From Candidatus Latescibacterota bacterium (GTDB lineage: Bacteria > Latescibacterota > UBA2968 > UBA8231), in the NCBI GenBank assembly GCA_965203355.1, contig OZ241889.1, forward strand, positions 3,424,001 to 3,488,000: a stretch of DNA of 64,000 bases, in the 5' to 3' direction. This document shows positions 27,255 through 35,898 of this stretch, in pieces. Position 1 is the stretch's first letter; the number at the start of each line of letters is the position of its first letter. The notes beneath the pieces were generated by a model. It was not told the DNA's origin. It searched no databases and worked only from the letters and a program-made list of their open reading frames with translations. The position numbers and the translations under genes are program-made.

Positions 27255-30200
27255 CTACTTGAGCAGCAGCATCTTCTTGATGTCGAGGAAATCACCGCCC
27301 GCCTGCAAGCGGTAGAAGTACATTCCCGACGACACGCTGTGGCCACTATCGTTGGTCGCGTCCCACTCCACCGCGTAACGACCCGCCGCCTGATGCTCGG
27401 CGACCAGCGTCCGAATCGGCTGACCCAACACGTTATATACGGTCAGCCCCACGTCCGCCGCTTGCGGCAACGCATACTGAATCGTCGTCTGCGGGTTGAA
27501 CGGGTTGGGATAGTTGGCTGCCAGCGAGAACACGGCCGGGCGCGTCTGCACCGAAACCGGCGCGGGCAATGCCAGCCGGTTAAAGCCCAACGCCCGGTCA
27601 TACGTCTGGCTGTCGGTGATTTCGAGGGTCGTGTGCGCGATCTCGGTCGTCGGCCGGAAGACTAAGCGCAGCATCAGCTCGCCATCGGCAACGACATCGC
27701 CGTGCGTGGCTACCGTCAACACGCCCGCTTGGTCGGCCAACACCTGCGGCGTAGCGAATGCGCTCCCGCCCAGCGGCTGATCGGTCTGCGCCTCGACGAA
27801 GGTCAACCGGTCGGCGTCATACGCTATCTGCAAGCCGTAGCCTTTGACCGCCACGAAGTCGGCTAACCGCACATTAACGATGAACTCCTCTCCTACGCTC
27901 GGCAGGGCTGTCGGCGCGTCCAGATACAGCCGCGCCTCCGTATTCAGCCCGGTCCGCAGCGGCACCGGCTTGCCCGCCACGGCCACGCTGCGACCGAAAT
28001 GGTCGGCCAACACGAAGAAGTCGTCGAAGTCAATCGTCCCATTCGGGGCCAAGTCAAACGCTGGATCAAACCCCGCGTCGCCTGCCGTCAAGCCGAAGCG
28101 GTCCGCCAACACGAAGAAGTCGTCGAACCCAATGCGAGCATCCGCGCCGAACAGCCCCAACAGAGCCTGCCCTTGGCTATCGGCCACCCGATTGCGCACG
28201 GCTAACGCGGTATGCTCGACCGAACCGGTCTCGTTGTCTAAGTCGAAGGGCCGCACCTGATAGGTGTAATGCACGCCATGCTGCGCCGTCTCATCAACGA
28301 AGGACGCTACCCCGGACGCCACCTCGGCGACCACGGAAAACGCTTCGTCTCCCACGGCGCGGCGGTAGATGCGGTAGCCATGTACGCCCACGACCGGCTC
28401 GACCGGCGCCGGGCCCAAGGCACCAGCTACGACTCCTTGCAGCACCTGATCCGATGGCGACAGTGTCCACGTCAGCGCGATGCGACCGCCTTGATCGTCC
28501 GGCGCATCCAACACCTGCAACGCTGGCACGGCCAACGGCGCGATGTCGTCGGTCGCCCGCACGGCCTCGGCCGTCCAAGTAATCGACGAACTCAGCACGT
28601 TACCGACGACATTTAGCTTCGGTGCCACGCCGCGAGCGTAGGCTAATGCTTCCGGCAGCAACGATGCCAACACCGGACCCTCACCGCCCTGCGCGGCAGC
28701 GCGGCTGGCTTGCAGCGTCGCCGCCATCTGCGCGTAGGGCTGCGTCAGGTCGTCCGCCTCGACGAACACGGCTTTGGCCATCGTGTGCGTGGTGCGGCCA
28801 CCTTTTTCGGCGGCAATGCCCCAGCGCGTCGAGACGTTGTCCAGCGTCGCCACGATGGCGCGGCCCATCGCTACGCCGGGCACGGCATCTACTCGCGCCC
28901 ACGGCACCATCTCATTTTCCAGCACCGGCAACGCACGGAAAATGCGATAGCCGTCCAGCGACTTATGATCGGCCGATAGCTCCCAAGACAGCATCACGAA
29001 ACCGCCTTGGTCGCCTTGGCCGTCCGCACCTTTGTAGTCCTCGGCGACCAGGTTTGTCGGCGCCGACAGCGGCGGCTCCACCACCGCCATGCTCAACGGC
29101 AGCGACTGACTCGCGCCGCTGGCATCTACGACCGTGTAGGTCGCAACCGTCTCGCCCATCACCGTCGGCGTCCCGGAAATCGTCCGGGTGGCCGCGTCAA
29201 ACGACAGTCCCGTCGGCAGCCCCGACACGCTATACGTCAGCGGCGGGGTGCCCCCGGAGACCGCCGGCAACGTCAGGTTTGCCGGCACGTTAATGGTGAA
29301 TTGAATCATGTTGTCGGTGTGCGAATCCGCCGGATTGGCCTTGCCAGCACCGCTGTTGAGACCGAACAACGAACTCAGGTCGCCAAAGTCCAGCATCGCG
29401 TTGATGGTAATCGCGAACGTCAGCGAGACGCTTTCGGCACCAGCCATCGCCGTGTAGGTGACTTCAACGGCCCCATCGGTCGCCGCTTCCGGTGTCCCGG
29501 AAATCGTCCGGGTCGCCGCGTCAAATGACAGTCCCGCTGGCAGATCCGACACGCTATACGTGATGGTGCCTTCGCCGCCTAACGCGACCGGCAGCACCAA
29601 CGGCGTAATCGCCGTGCCCGCCGTGTAGGTGTGTGCGGCAATCGAAGTGCCCTCGACGAAAGCCAAGGCGATCATCATATCCTTATCGCCGTCCATATTG
29701 TCGTCCATCATGCCGCGGTCCGTGTCGGTCAGTACCAGCGTCGCCGAACCCGCTGTCAAGCCGGGCAGCATCGCGTTGAGCACAACCGTCTCGTCGCCTT
29801 CGGCCATGCCGTCGGCGACCGGATCAACCAACAGGCGCGTCGAACCCATGATCGAACCGGCCGCAATGGTGATGGTCGGATCGAACAGGGCCGAGTAGTC
29901 CGTGTCGCGTATGGCACTACTCGAAACCTCATCAATCGAGACGATGGCGGTGGCGTCCTCGGCCAGCGGCTTGCCGTCCAGCGCGGCCATGACCATCACT
30001 TCCGTCAATTCCGCCGACTCGGGGATCGCGCTCGGCATCACCGACAGCACCAAAGACGTGCTGGCGGTTTCGTCGTCGGAAATGCGGATGTCCACCTGAT
30101 CCCAACCGCCCGAAGACACCGCCCGAACCCCCAAGTGCTTATGACCGTCCGCCGAAGCGTTGTCGATGGGCGATAGGAAAAGCGTCGTCGAGCCGACCTT

Positions 30201-32897
30201 TTCCCCGGCCGCAATGGTGGCGGTCCCCGCTAACGTCGCGGTGTAATCCACGTCGCGGGTGGCCATCGCGCCGCTGGCCGGCGGCACAATCGTGAAGCGG
30301 ACCGTCTCGGTGGCCGAAGCCGCTGCCGACAAGGTCGCCGTAACTCGGATTTCAGCCGTATCGCCGTTTTCGCGCACGGCCGATTGCGAAGCTACCACGC
30401 TGGCAACGCCCACGATGACCGGCGGAGCCTCGCTGATGGTGATGGTGATGGTTTTTATCCGGCCATCGCCGTCGGCATCGAACGCCATGTAGACGATCGA
30501 GGACATGCCCGCCATTGTCGGCGTCCCGGAAAGCGTCCGGGTGGCCGGGTCAAACGACAGCCCGGCCGGGAGGTCCGACGTGACGCTGTACATCAGCGTT
30601 CCTTGGCCGCCTGTGGCGGCGGGCAACACCTCGCTGAACGCTTGCCCTACCGTCGCTTCAAAGGCTAATGCACCGTCGCCAAAGGTCGGTCGTCCCGTGT
30701 CCGTGTCCGCGGGCGTCTCGGAAGAATCAGAATCATCCATCATCGCCGCGTCTTTCAGCTTGATCGTCGCGGTGCTGACCGTGATCTTCTCGTCGTCTTG
30801 GTTCTTGAGGTTGTCCGTGAGCTGCTTCAGCGTGATCGTCTCGTCGTTGTCGTCGGTCCCGTCATTGACTGGCGTAATCGTGATCGTCATCGAGCTAACG
30901 ACCTCGCCGGCCGGAATCGTCAGCGAGCCAAGCACTGCCGTGTAATCCAGATCCCGAATCGCCCTCTTTTCAGCCGTCCGATCCAAGCCCAGCGTGATCG
31001 TCGCATCCGCGTCGAGCACCTTGCCGTCTAACGTGCCGGTCACCGTGACGGTCGTCGCCCCGGCGTTTTCTTTGATCTCACTCGGGCTGACCGACAGCGT
31101 GATGTTTTCGCTCAGCGTCTCATTGTCCGTGATCGTGAACACCACCGAATCCATTTGAGACGCTTCATTGCCGACCTTCGCTTTCACCTGGAACTTCCGC
31201 GGCTCATTCTTACCGCTGTCGTCCACTGGCGTGACGCGCAGTGTCGCCGTGCCCTTGGTGTCGCCCGCCGGGATCGTCAAGCCCTCAATCACATCCACCT
31301 CGTAATGCACGTCGCGCGTCCCACCCCCCGACACCGCCGTAAGCTGAAAGTCCACCGCCTTCGCGCCGGTTAAGGCTTTCTCCAATTCAACGTTCATCGC
31401 AACGTCCATCGCTCCGCCTTCCTCGCGGATCGTCGCCGGACTCAGCGTGAACGCCTTGAGCGTCGCAACCGCAACGTCCTCAATCGTGATGGTGCCCGAA
31501 TTGACCGTAACCGGAAAGGCAAAAGAGTCCATGTGCTTTAACGTGTCCCCAGTACCGAACGTGTAAGCCAAGCCGCCATCGCCGTCAAAGTCGATGGCAC
31601 CGACTCTCTTTACTGAGGATTCGCTTCCTGCGATTTTGTCTCCGCTTGCAGGGAATAGGTAGAGACCTACTTCCGTTAATACGCTATCGGCGGGCACCAT
31701 ATAGGTATCCAAATAATCGCCATCCCCGAAAAAGTCGATCCCCAAGTCTTTTTCTACCAAGATGGTTTTCGCCGGGACGAAGTCGGATTCACCGAAACTG
31801 TCATTGCTAACCGTAAACCCAAAATACTCATCACCATCTGTGTTTGTCCCAACATCCCCATCGCCGTTAAAGTCCACTCCGTAAATAGTGTTATTCCCAC
31901 TGGTGCTTTCAGGCGCAGTGGCGTTTTCGGGTATGATATAATCATCGCCGTCAAAGGTCCCATCAAGGGTCAAGTCTAGCCTTACCTGCTTGCCCTTATG
32001 CATCCGCCTGTTGATCTTCGCCGTCAGCGTAGCATTCTGAGGCCCAATTATGATCGTGCCGGCCTTATCTTTCGGATCGAGGGAGATCGTAGTCGTCCCG
32101 TCGATATGCCGCTTCGGAACGGTCAACTTACTCAGCCCAATCGAGTAATCCACATCGCGCGTCAATGTACCGCCAGAAACAACCAAGAGAGTTCCAAGCT
32201 CTTGGGTCGTCAACGCGCTGCCATCCAACATCCCCTTCACTTCAACCGAAGTCGCATCCGCCTGCTTGCTGAGCTTGGCCGGCTTGAAAGAAAGGTCAAT
32301 CTCCGTGGGCACCTGATCGTCATCAATGATTTCAATATAGAAGACGCCAGTAGCAGTAACAGTACTACTCTCTCCCGCAGTATTTCCCTCAGTATAGCCC
32401 GGGGTGGTTTGGCCTTTTAAGGCGATGTTTCCAGTAGAACCCCCTATATCAACAACGATGGGAATATTAGGCCGCATTTTAACCTTAGACGTATCGACCG
32501 TACCCGTTATGGTCAGGGTATCAATATCCACTGAAGCGTCGCCCGAGCTAGCTCCGATCAGAGCATTGTTTGTCGGGGTTACGGTGATAGTCCCGGTCGC
32601 CTTGCGCTCGCCCTTCTTAATCACCAAAGAGGGGAAGGAGATTGTGAATAAATTGTTGAGATAGCGGGACGTGACACCGACGAGACTCATCGGAAGATAA
32701 AGATCGCCCTTCGCCTTCGCGTCAGCCGTTCGCAATTCGGCTGTTATCTCAATATCTTGCGCCCCTCCATCCTCGCGGACGGAACGCCGATCAACGGATA
32801 TGTCGATATTCTCGGTCTGAGCCATAGCCTCGCCGGCCAACATCAAACTGGCAATCAGCAAACAAGGAAAGGTAAAAAGCCGCGTGTGCGTACTCAT
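27255..32897 (-). CDS. Giant secreted surface protein B (1880 aa), paralog of A with extra Ig, FN3-like and EF-hand/dockerin-like modules
   Basis: Signal peptide ending AGEAMA-Q. C-terminal half nearly identical to A; extra segment carries IGFDDFFVLADRFG / IDFDDFFVLADHFG. Same C-terminal sorting domain. Confidence 0.9.
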   Translation of the reverse strand: MSTHTRLFTFPCLLIASLMLAGEAMAQTENIDISVDRRSVREDGGAQDIEITAELRTADAKAKGDLYLPMSLVGVTSRYLNNLFTISFPSLVIKKGERKATGTITVTPTNNALIGASSGDASVDIDTLTITGTVDTSKVKMRPNIPIVVDIGGSTGNIALKGQTTPGYTEGNTAGESSTVTATGVFYIEIIDDDQVPTEIDLSFKPAKLSKQADATSVEVKGMLDGSALTTQELGTLLVVSGGTLTRDVDYSIGLSKLTVPKRHIDGTTTISLDPKDKAGTIIIGPQNATLTAKINRRMHKGKQVRLDLTLDGTFDGDDYIIPENATAPESTSGNNTIYGVDFNGDGDVGTNTDGDEYFGFTVSNDSFGESDFVPAKTILVEKDLGIDFFGDGDYLDTYMVPADSVLTEVGLYLFPASGDKIAGSESSVKRVGAIDFDGDGGLAYTFGTGDTLKHMDSFAFPVTVNSGTITIEDVAVATLKAFTLSPATIREEGGAMDVAMNVELEKALTGAKAVDFQLTAVSGGGTRDVHYEVDVIEGLTIPAGDTKGTATLRVTPVDDSGKNEPRKFQVKAKVGNEASQMDSVVFTITDNETLSENITLSVSPSEIKENAGATTVTVTGTLDGKVLDADATITLGLDRTAEKRAIRDLDYTAVLGSLTIPAGEVVSSMTITITPVNDGTDDNDETITLKQLTDNLKNQDDEKITVSTATIKLKDAAMMDDSDSSETPADTDTGRPTFGDGALAFEATVGQAFSEVLPAATGGQGTLMYSVTSDLPAGLSFDPATRTLSGTPTMAGMSSIVYMAFDADGDGRIKTITITISEAPPVIVGVASVVASQSAVRENGDTAEIRVTATLSAAASATETVRFTIVPPASGAMATRDVDYTATLAGTATIAAGEKVGSTTLFLSPIDNASADGHKHLGVRAVSSGGWDQVDIRISDDETASTSLVLSVMPSAIPESAELTEVMVMAALDGKPLAEDATAIVSIDEVSSSAIRDTDYSALFDPTITIAAGSIMGSTRLLVDPVADGMAEGDETVVLNAMLPGLTAGSATLVLTDTDRGMMDDNMDGDKDMMIALAFVEGTSIAAHTYTAGTAITPLVLPVALGGEGTITYSVSDLPAGLSFDAATRTISGTPEAATDGAVEVTYTAMAGAESVSLTFAITINAMLDFGDLSSLFGLNSGAGKANPADSHTDNMIQFTINVPANLTLPAVSGGTPPLTYSVSGLPTGLSFDAATRTISGTPTVMGETVATYTVVDASGASQSLPLSMAVVEPPLSAPTNLVAEDYKGADGQGDQGGFVMLSWELSADHKSLDGYRIFRALPVLENEMVPWARVDAVPGVAMGRAIVATLDNVSTRWGIAAEKGGRTTHTMAKAVFVEADDLTQPYAQMAATLQASRAAAQGGEGPVLASLLPEALAYARGVAPKLNVVGNVLSSSITWTAEAVRATDDIAPLAVPALQVLDAPDDQGGRIALTWTLSPSDQVLQGVVAGALGPAPVEPVVGVHGYRIYRRAVGDEAFSVVAEVASGVASFVDETAQHGVHYTYQVRPFDLDNETGSVEHTALAVRNRVADSQGQALLGLFGADARIGFDDFFVLADRFGLTAGDAGFDPAFDLAPNGTIDFDDFFVLADHFGRSVAVAGKPVPLRTGLNTEARLYLDAPTALPSVGEEFIVNVRLADFVAVKGYGLQIAYDADRLTFVEAQTDQPLGGSAFATPQVLADQAGVLTVATHGDVVADGELMLRLVFRPTTEIAHTTLEITDSQTYDRALGFNRLALPAPVSVQTRPAVFSLAANYPNPFNPQTTIQYALPQAADVGLTVYNVLGQPIRTLVAEHQAAGRYAVEWDATNDSGHSVSSGMYFYRLQAGGDFLDIKKMLLLK

Positions 32898-32909
32898 GAT
32901 CTCACTCCT

Positions 32910-33245
32910 TTAGAAAAGGGAAACGGGATAGAAGAAAATGGACTTAGCATTGGTCGGTGGTCGGTGGTCAGTGGTCAGTGGCCAGTGGTCGGTGGGGCTT
33001 GCTGACGCGGCCGGGCAGAGCAAGGCCGCGTCTCGCTTCCGCAGGGGAGCGCGGAGAATGGGTTGGCGAATGAAGCTATGAAGCTCAATGCTCCAGAAAT
33101 CGGGGGGGGGGGGTAAATCATTGTTTTTTAACGACTTATGACGATTGAGACTCGGCGTTATTTCAAGCGTAGAATAAGACACCGCCATCGCATCGAGCAC
33201 CGCTCCCGGCGATGGCGTTCTTTGTGCTATTGACGCTGTGTCCAT
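32910..33245 (-). CDS. Leader ORF of surface protein B (111 aa), in frame through a C12 tract, stopping at the RBS of the main gene
   Basis: MDTASIAQRTPSPGAVL...HKSLKNNDLPPPPDFW...SFIRQPILRAPLRKRDAALLCPAASASP; ends TAA-AGGAG-7nt-ATG. Homologous to 8307-8800. Confidence 0.62.
   Translation of the reverse strand: MDTASIAQRTPSPGAVLDAMAVSYSTLEITPSLNRHKSLKNNDLPPPPDFWSIELHSFIRQPILRAPLRKRDAALLCPAASASPTDHWPLTTDHRPPTNAKSIFFYPVSLF
32951..32992. repeat. Heptamer repeat TGGYCRG x6
   Basis: tggtcgg tggtcgg tggtcag tggtcag tggccag tggtcgg, inside the leader ORF. Confidence 0.85.
33102..33138. promoter_or_regulatory. G12 homopolymer followed by imperfect palindrome TAAATCATTG-N5-TAACGACTTA
   Basis: Read directly; equivalent to 8664-8699. 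Confidence 0.75.
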
Positions 33246-33326
33246 GTCCTGCTAATCCGCCTAAGTGTGCCGTGCGGCGGGGGTTCTATACCCAAACGCA
33301 ACGCGCCGCTGTGAATTGCAACGCAT

Positions 33327-33356
33327 ATTTTATGAATTTTAGTAAAGGCTTGTCAA
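33327..33356 (-). promoter_or_regulatory. sigma70-type promoter of cassette B (TTGACA-N18-TAAAAT)
   Basis: Positionally equivalent to the cassette A promoter. Confidence 0.72.
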
Positions 33357-33364
33357 GTGTAGGT

Positions 33365-33450
33365 TTGGCGCGGCCCGTTTTCGGTCGGGCTTGGGTCTTC
33401 GGGGTTCAGGCCGAGCGGGGGCGACTCGTTCAACGGGAGTAAAGCTGCGT
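33365..33450 (-). repeat. Dispersed MITE-like repeat, copy 3 (inverted)
   Basis: Reverse complement reads AGCTTTACTCCCGTTGAACGAGTCGC...GCTCGGCCTGA...GACCCAAGCCCGA, matching copy 1. Confidence 0.7.
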
Positions 33451-33534
33451 TGCAAATTCTTCGCAACAAAGCAATTCAGCGCTTGAGTTAGCGGCTTGAC
33501 GGACGCCTATGCACTAGGTTCTTTCGGCCAATTT

Positions 33535-35889
33535 TTAGTACGCCACGGCGATGGTGCGGAGCGCGGTGTCCTCGCCGGCGTCGGCCCCCAGATTGACGCG
33601 CAGGACGTACAGACCGGGGGCGGTGCTCGCTCCGTCGGCGGCGCGGCCATCCCAGGTGAAGAGGCGTTGCGAGCCTTCAGTGCCTGGCGTGAGAGCCGCT
33701 ATCTGGCGTCCGGCTAAGTCGAAAATTTCCACCTGTGGCTCGCTCCCTTCCACTTTGAAGGCGACGAATCGCACTTCGAGTTGGTCGTTGATGCCGTCGC
33801 CGTTGGGGGTTACGGTGGCCGAGGCCAGTTGCAGGTCGCTGATGAGTTGGCTGCGGCTGGTCAGTTCGGGCAGCATGACGACGTTGGAGCGGCGTTTGGC
33901 CGCCTCGACCGACTGCCACAGGCCCGGTGCGTTGCTCGATCCGAGGTCGAGGGCAAAGACGGTGGCGTTTTGCAGCAGGCGGGTCGTGAATCGCACTTGC
34001 AGCGAGTCGCCGGAAACCACCTGCGGCAACGCGATGAACAGCGAATCGGCTTGCATGTCCAAGGTGGCTGGAACGACCTGTTCTGCGCCGACCCGCACCG
34101 ATACGCTTTGGAGGTCAACCGGCTCGGGGACCGTAAAGCGCATCAGGTCGAAGCCGCTGTCGAGTTCGTCGGCCTCGGGCCAGAGGGTGTAGGTAAAGTG
34201 CGTGTCTTGGTTGGGGCTGGCCTCGCGAGGGACGACGCTGCCGCGTGCGCCTTGGACTAAGGCGTTTTCGTACTCGACGGAAACCGAACGGACGGTCGGG
34301 GCGACCGCGGGGTCGTCGGTGGCGAGGATCATCTCCAGCCACATGAAGCGGCGAGGGCTGGCCGATTTGAAGGACTCACCGGAAAACTGGTACACGTTGC
34401 TCCAAGCGTCCCAATCCTCGCCGACCACCAGCGTGGTGTCGATGGAACCGCGCAGTACTTTGGGCGAACTCTTCCATTTTTCTTCGGTGATTTCTTCGCC
34501 GAGCTTATTGTGGAACGCAAAGACCGACGACAGCCCGTTGCCCGAACGCGAGCGCAGTTGCATCCGGGTGCCCGGCGGCAGGTCGGCGTCCCAGTGGAGC
34601 GCCTTGATGACTTTGGGCCGCCCATCGCCAGCTTCCTCGCCGAGGTTGATAAAGGCCGACTGCAACTCGACTTGAGCCGGATAACCCGGAGAGAACAACT
34701 GCATTTCGCCCCACTTGACGATGCCCCACCCCCTACAAGTGACGCCGTGCCAGAACAGGTAGCGAGCCTTGCGCGGCGCGAACAGGTAGCGCATGTAAAG
34801 CAGGTTGTCGGCGTTGGGATCCAGATGCGTGAAGACCTGTTCGTAATCGACGTTTTCGGGCACTTCGACGAGGGGGGCGGTGCCCGTGGCCGGGGTGCCA
34901 TCGGAAAAGAGGAGGGTGTGCCCGGGCCCGGTGCCGGAGATGGTAAAGCCCAAGGTGCCTTCGTCGGGCTGCATGGAGTAGATGAACATTTCGTCGATAA
35001 AGAACGTCGCGCCTAAGTCGGCGCGGAACCACGTGCCGCCTTCGGTCCATTCCGCCAGCGTACCGCGACAGTCGGTGACGGTGTTGTTGGTATTGAGGTT
35101 GGCGTCGAAGAGGTTGAAGGTGGATCCAGTGCCATCGCCTTCGACGAAATTGCCGCGCTGGCTGGTGCCGATGGCGATGTTGTCGCCGATGCCGATGACC
35201 TCGATTTCGGCGATGGCGGCGTCGGCGTTTTGCTCTTCGGAAATGATTTGGATGTACTGGATTAGCTGATAGTGGTCGCGCTCGGCCGGCGTTACGTTCA
35301 AGTCCGGGTCGATCACGAGGGCGCTGTCGCGGCCGGCGTAGCGCAGCGGGATGACGATTTCGGATTCGGCGTTGGGGCGCGTGGTGCGGAAGGCTTGGCG
35401 ATAGAGAAAGAGGTCGTCCGTAGCCGAGATCCGTACGCCCGAAGTGGTAAAGACGCGGAATTGACGGAACGGGCGCGCGCCCGCTTGGTCCGGGAATTTC
35501 AGGCGAATCTCACGGGCCAGGGCGGCGCGGCCTAGGTCGATGGTGATAAACCAGTCCTCGCGGGCGTCGTCCGGGCTGGGTTGCCAATAGGTGGTTGGGT
35601 CGCCGTCGATGGCCAGCCGAGCGTCGGCCTCGTTAGAGCCGGCTTGCCAGACGCCGCCAGCGACCGCATCGCCGCGGGTGCGGGTCTCGTGGACGAAGCG
35701 GTGCGCGTCCGCGACGAGGTTGATGTCCTTGCGGAATTTGACGAGCGAAAGCTGTCCCTGCTCGCCGACTTGGATCAAGCCGAAGGGCTGTTGCCATTGG
35801 GTCCATTCCTCGGTGCTGTCGAAGGAGAGCATGTCGGCCGCGAGTGGGGCTGCTAACACGAGGCCGGCGATGATGGCGCGTCGCATCAA
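33535..35889 (-). CDS. Secreted protein with discoidin/F5-8-like region and FlgD Ig-like (gliding-motility-associated type) C-terminal domain
   Basis: Signal peptide, AIDGDPTTYW...IDLG, and C-terminal TPNGDGINDQL...WDGR..DG...PGLY...IAVAY. Confidence 0.82.
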   Translation of the reverse strand: MMRRAIIAGLVLAAPLAADMLSFDSTEEWTQWQQPFGLIQVGEQGQLSLVKFRKDINLVADAHRFVHETRTRGDAVAGGVWQAGSNEADARLAIDGDPTTYWQPSPDDAREDWFITIDLGRAALAREIRLKFPDQAGARPFRQFRVFTTSGVRISATDDLFLYRQAFRTTRPNAESEIVIPLRYAGRDSALVIDPDLNVTPAERDHYQLIQYIQIISEEQNADAAIAEIEVIGIGDNIAIGTSQRGNFVEGDGTGSTFNLFDANLNTNNTVTDCRGTLAEWTEGGTWFRADLGATFFIDEMFIYSMQPDEGTLGFTISGTGPGHTLLFSDGTPATGTAPLVEVPENVDYEQVFTHLDPNADNLLYMRYLFAPRKARYLFWHGVTCRGWGIVKWGEMQLFSPGYPAQVELQSAFINLGEEAGDGRPKVIKALHWDADLPPGTRMQLRSRSGNGLSSVFAFHNKLGEEITEEKWKSSPKVLRGSIDTTLVVGEDWDAWSNVYQFSGESFKSASPRRFMWLEMILATDDPAVAPTVRSVSVEYENALVQGARGSVVPREASPNQDTHFTYTLWPEADELDSGFDLMRFTVPEPVDLQSVSVRVGAEQVVPATLDMQADSLFIALPQVVSGDSLQVRFTTRLLQNATVFALDLGSSNAPGLWQSVEAAKRRSNVVMLPELTSRSQLISDLQLASATVTPNGDGINDQLEVRFVAFKVEGSEPQVEIFDLAGRQIAALTPGTEGSQRLFTWDGRAADGASTAPGLYVLRVNLGADAGEDTALRTIAVAY

Positions 35890-35898
35890 AATCTCCTC

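Larger units (their letters stand above)
26900..27313 (-). repeat. Tandem array (periods 150 and 148 bp) of spare C-terminal tails plus terminators of surface protein B
   Basis: Stops at 26957, 27107 and 27255. Tails RLQAGEAFVDIQKMLLLK*, RLQAGGDCLAVQKMLLK* and the gene's RLQAGGDFLDIKKMLLLK*, each followed by an AAATGGGACC-type hairpin. Confidence 0.92.

Noticed and set aside
26900-27313. Tail array as a CRISPR array
   Set aside because: Units are ~150 bp and nearly wholly repeated, with no unique spacers; they derive from the gene end, and there are no cas genes.
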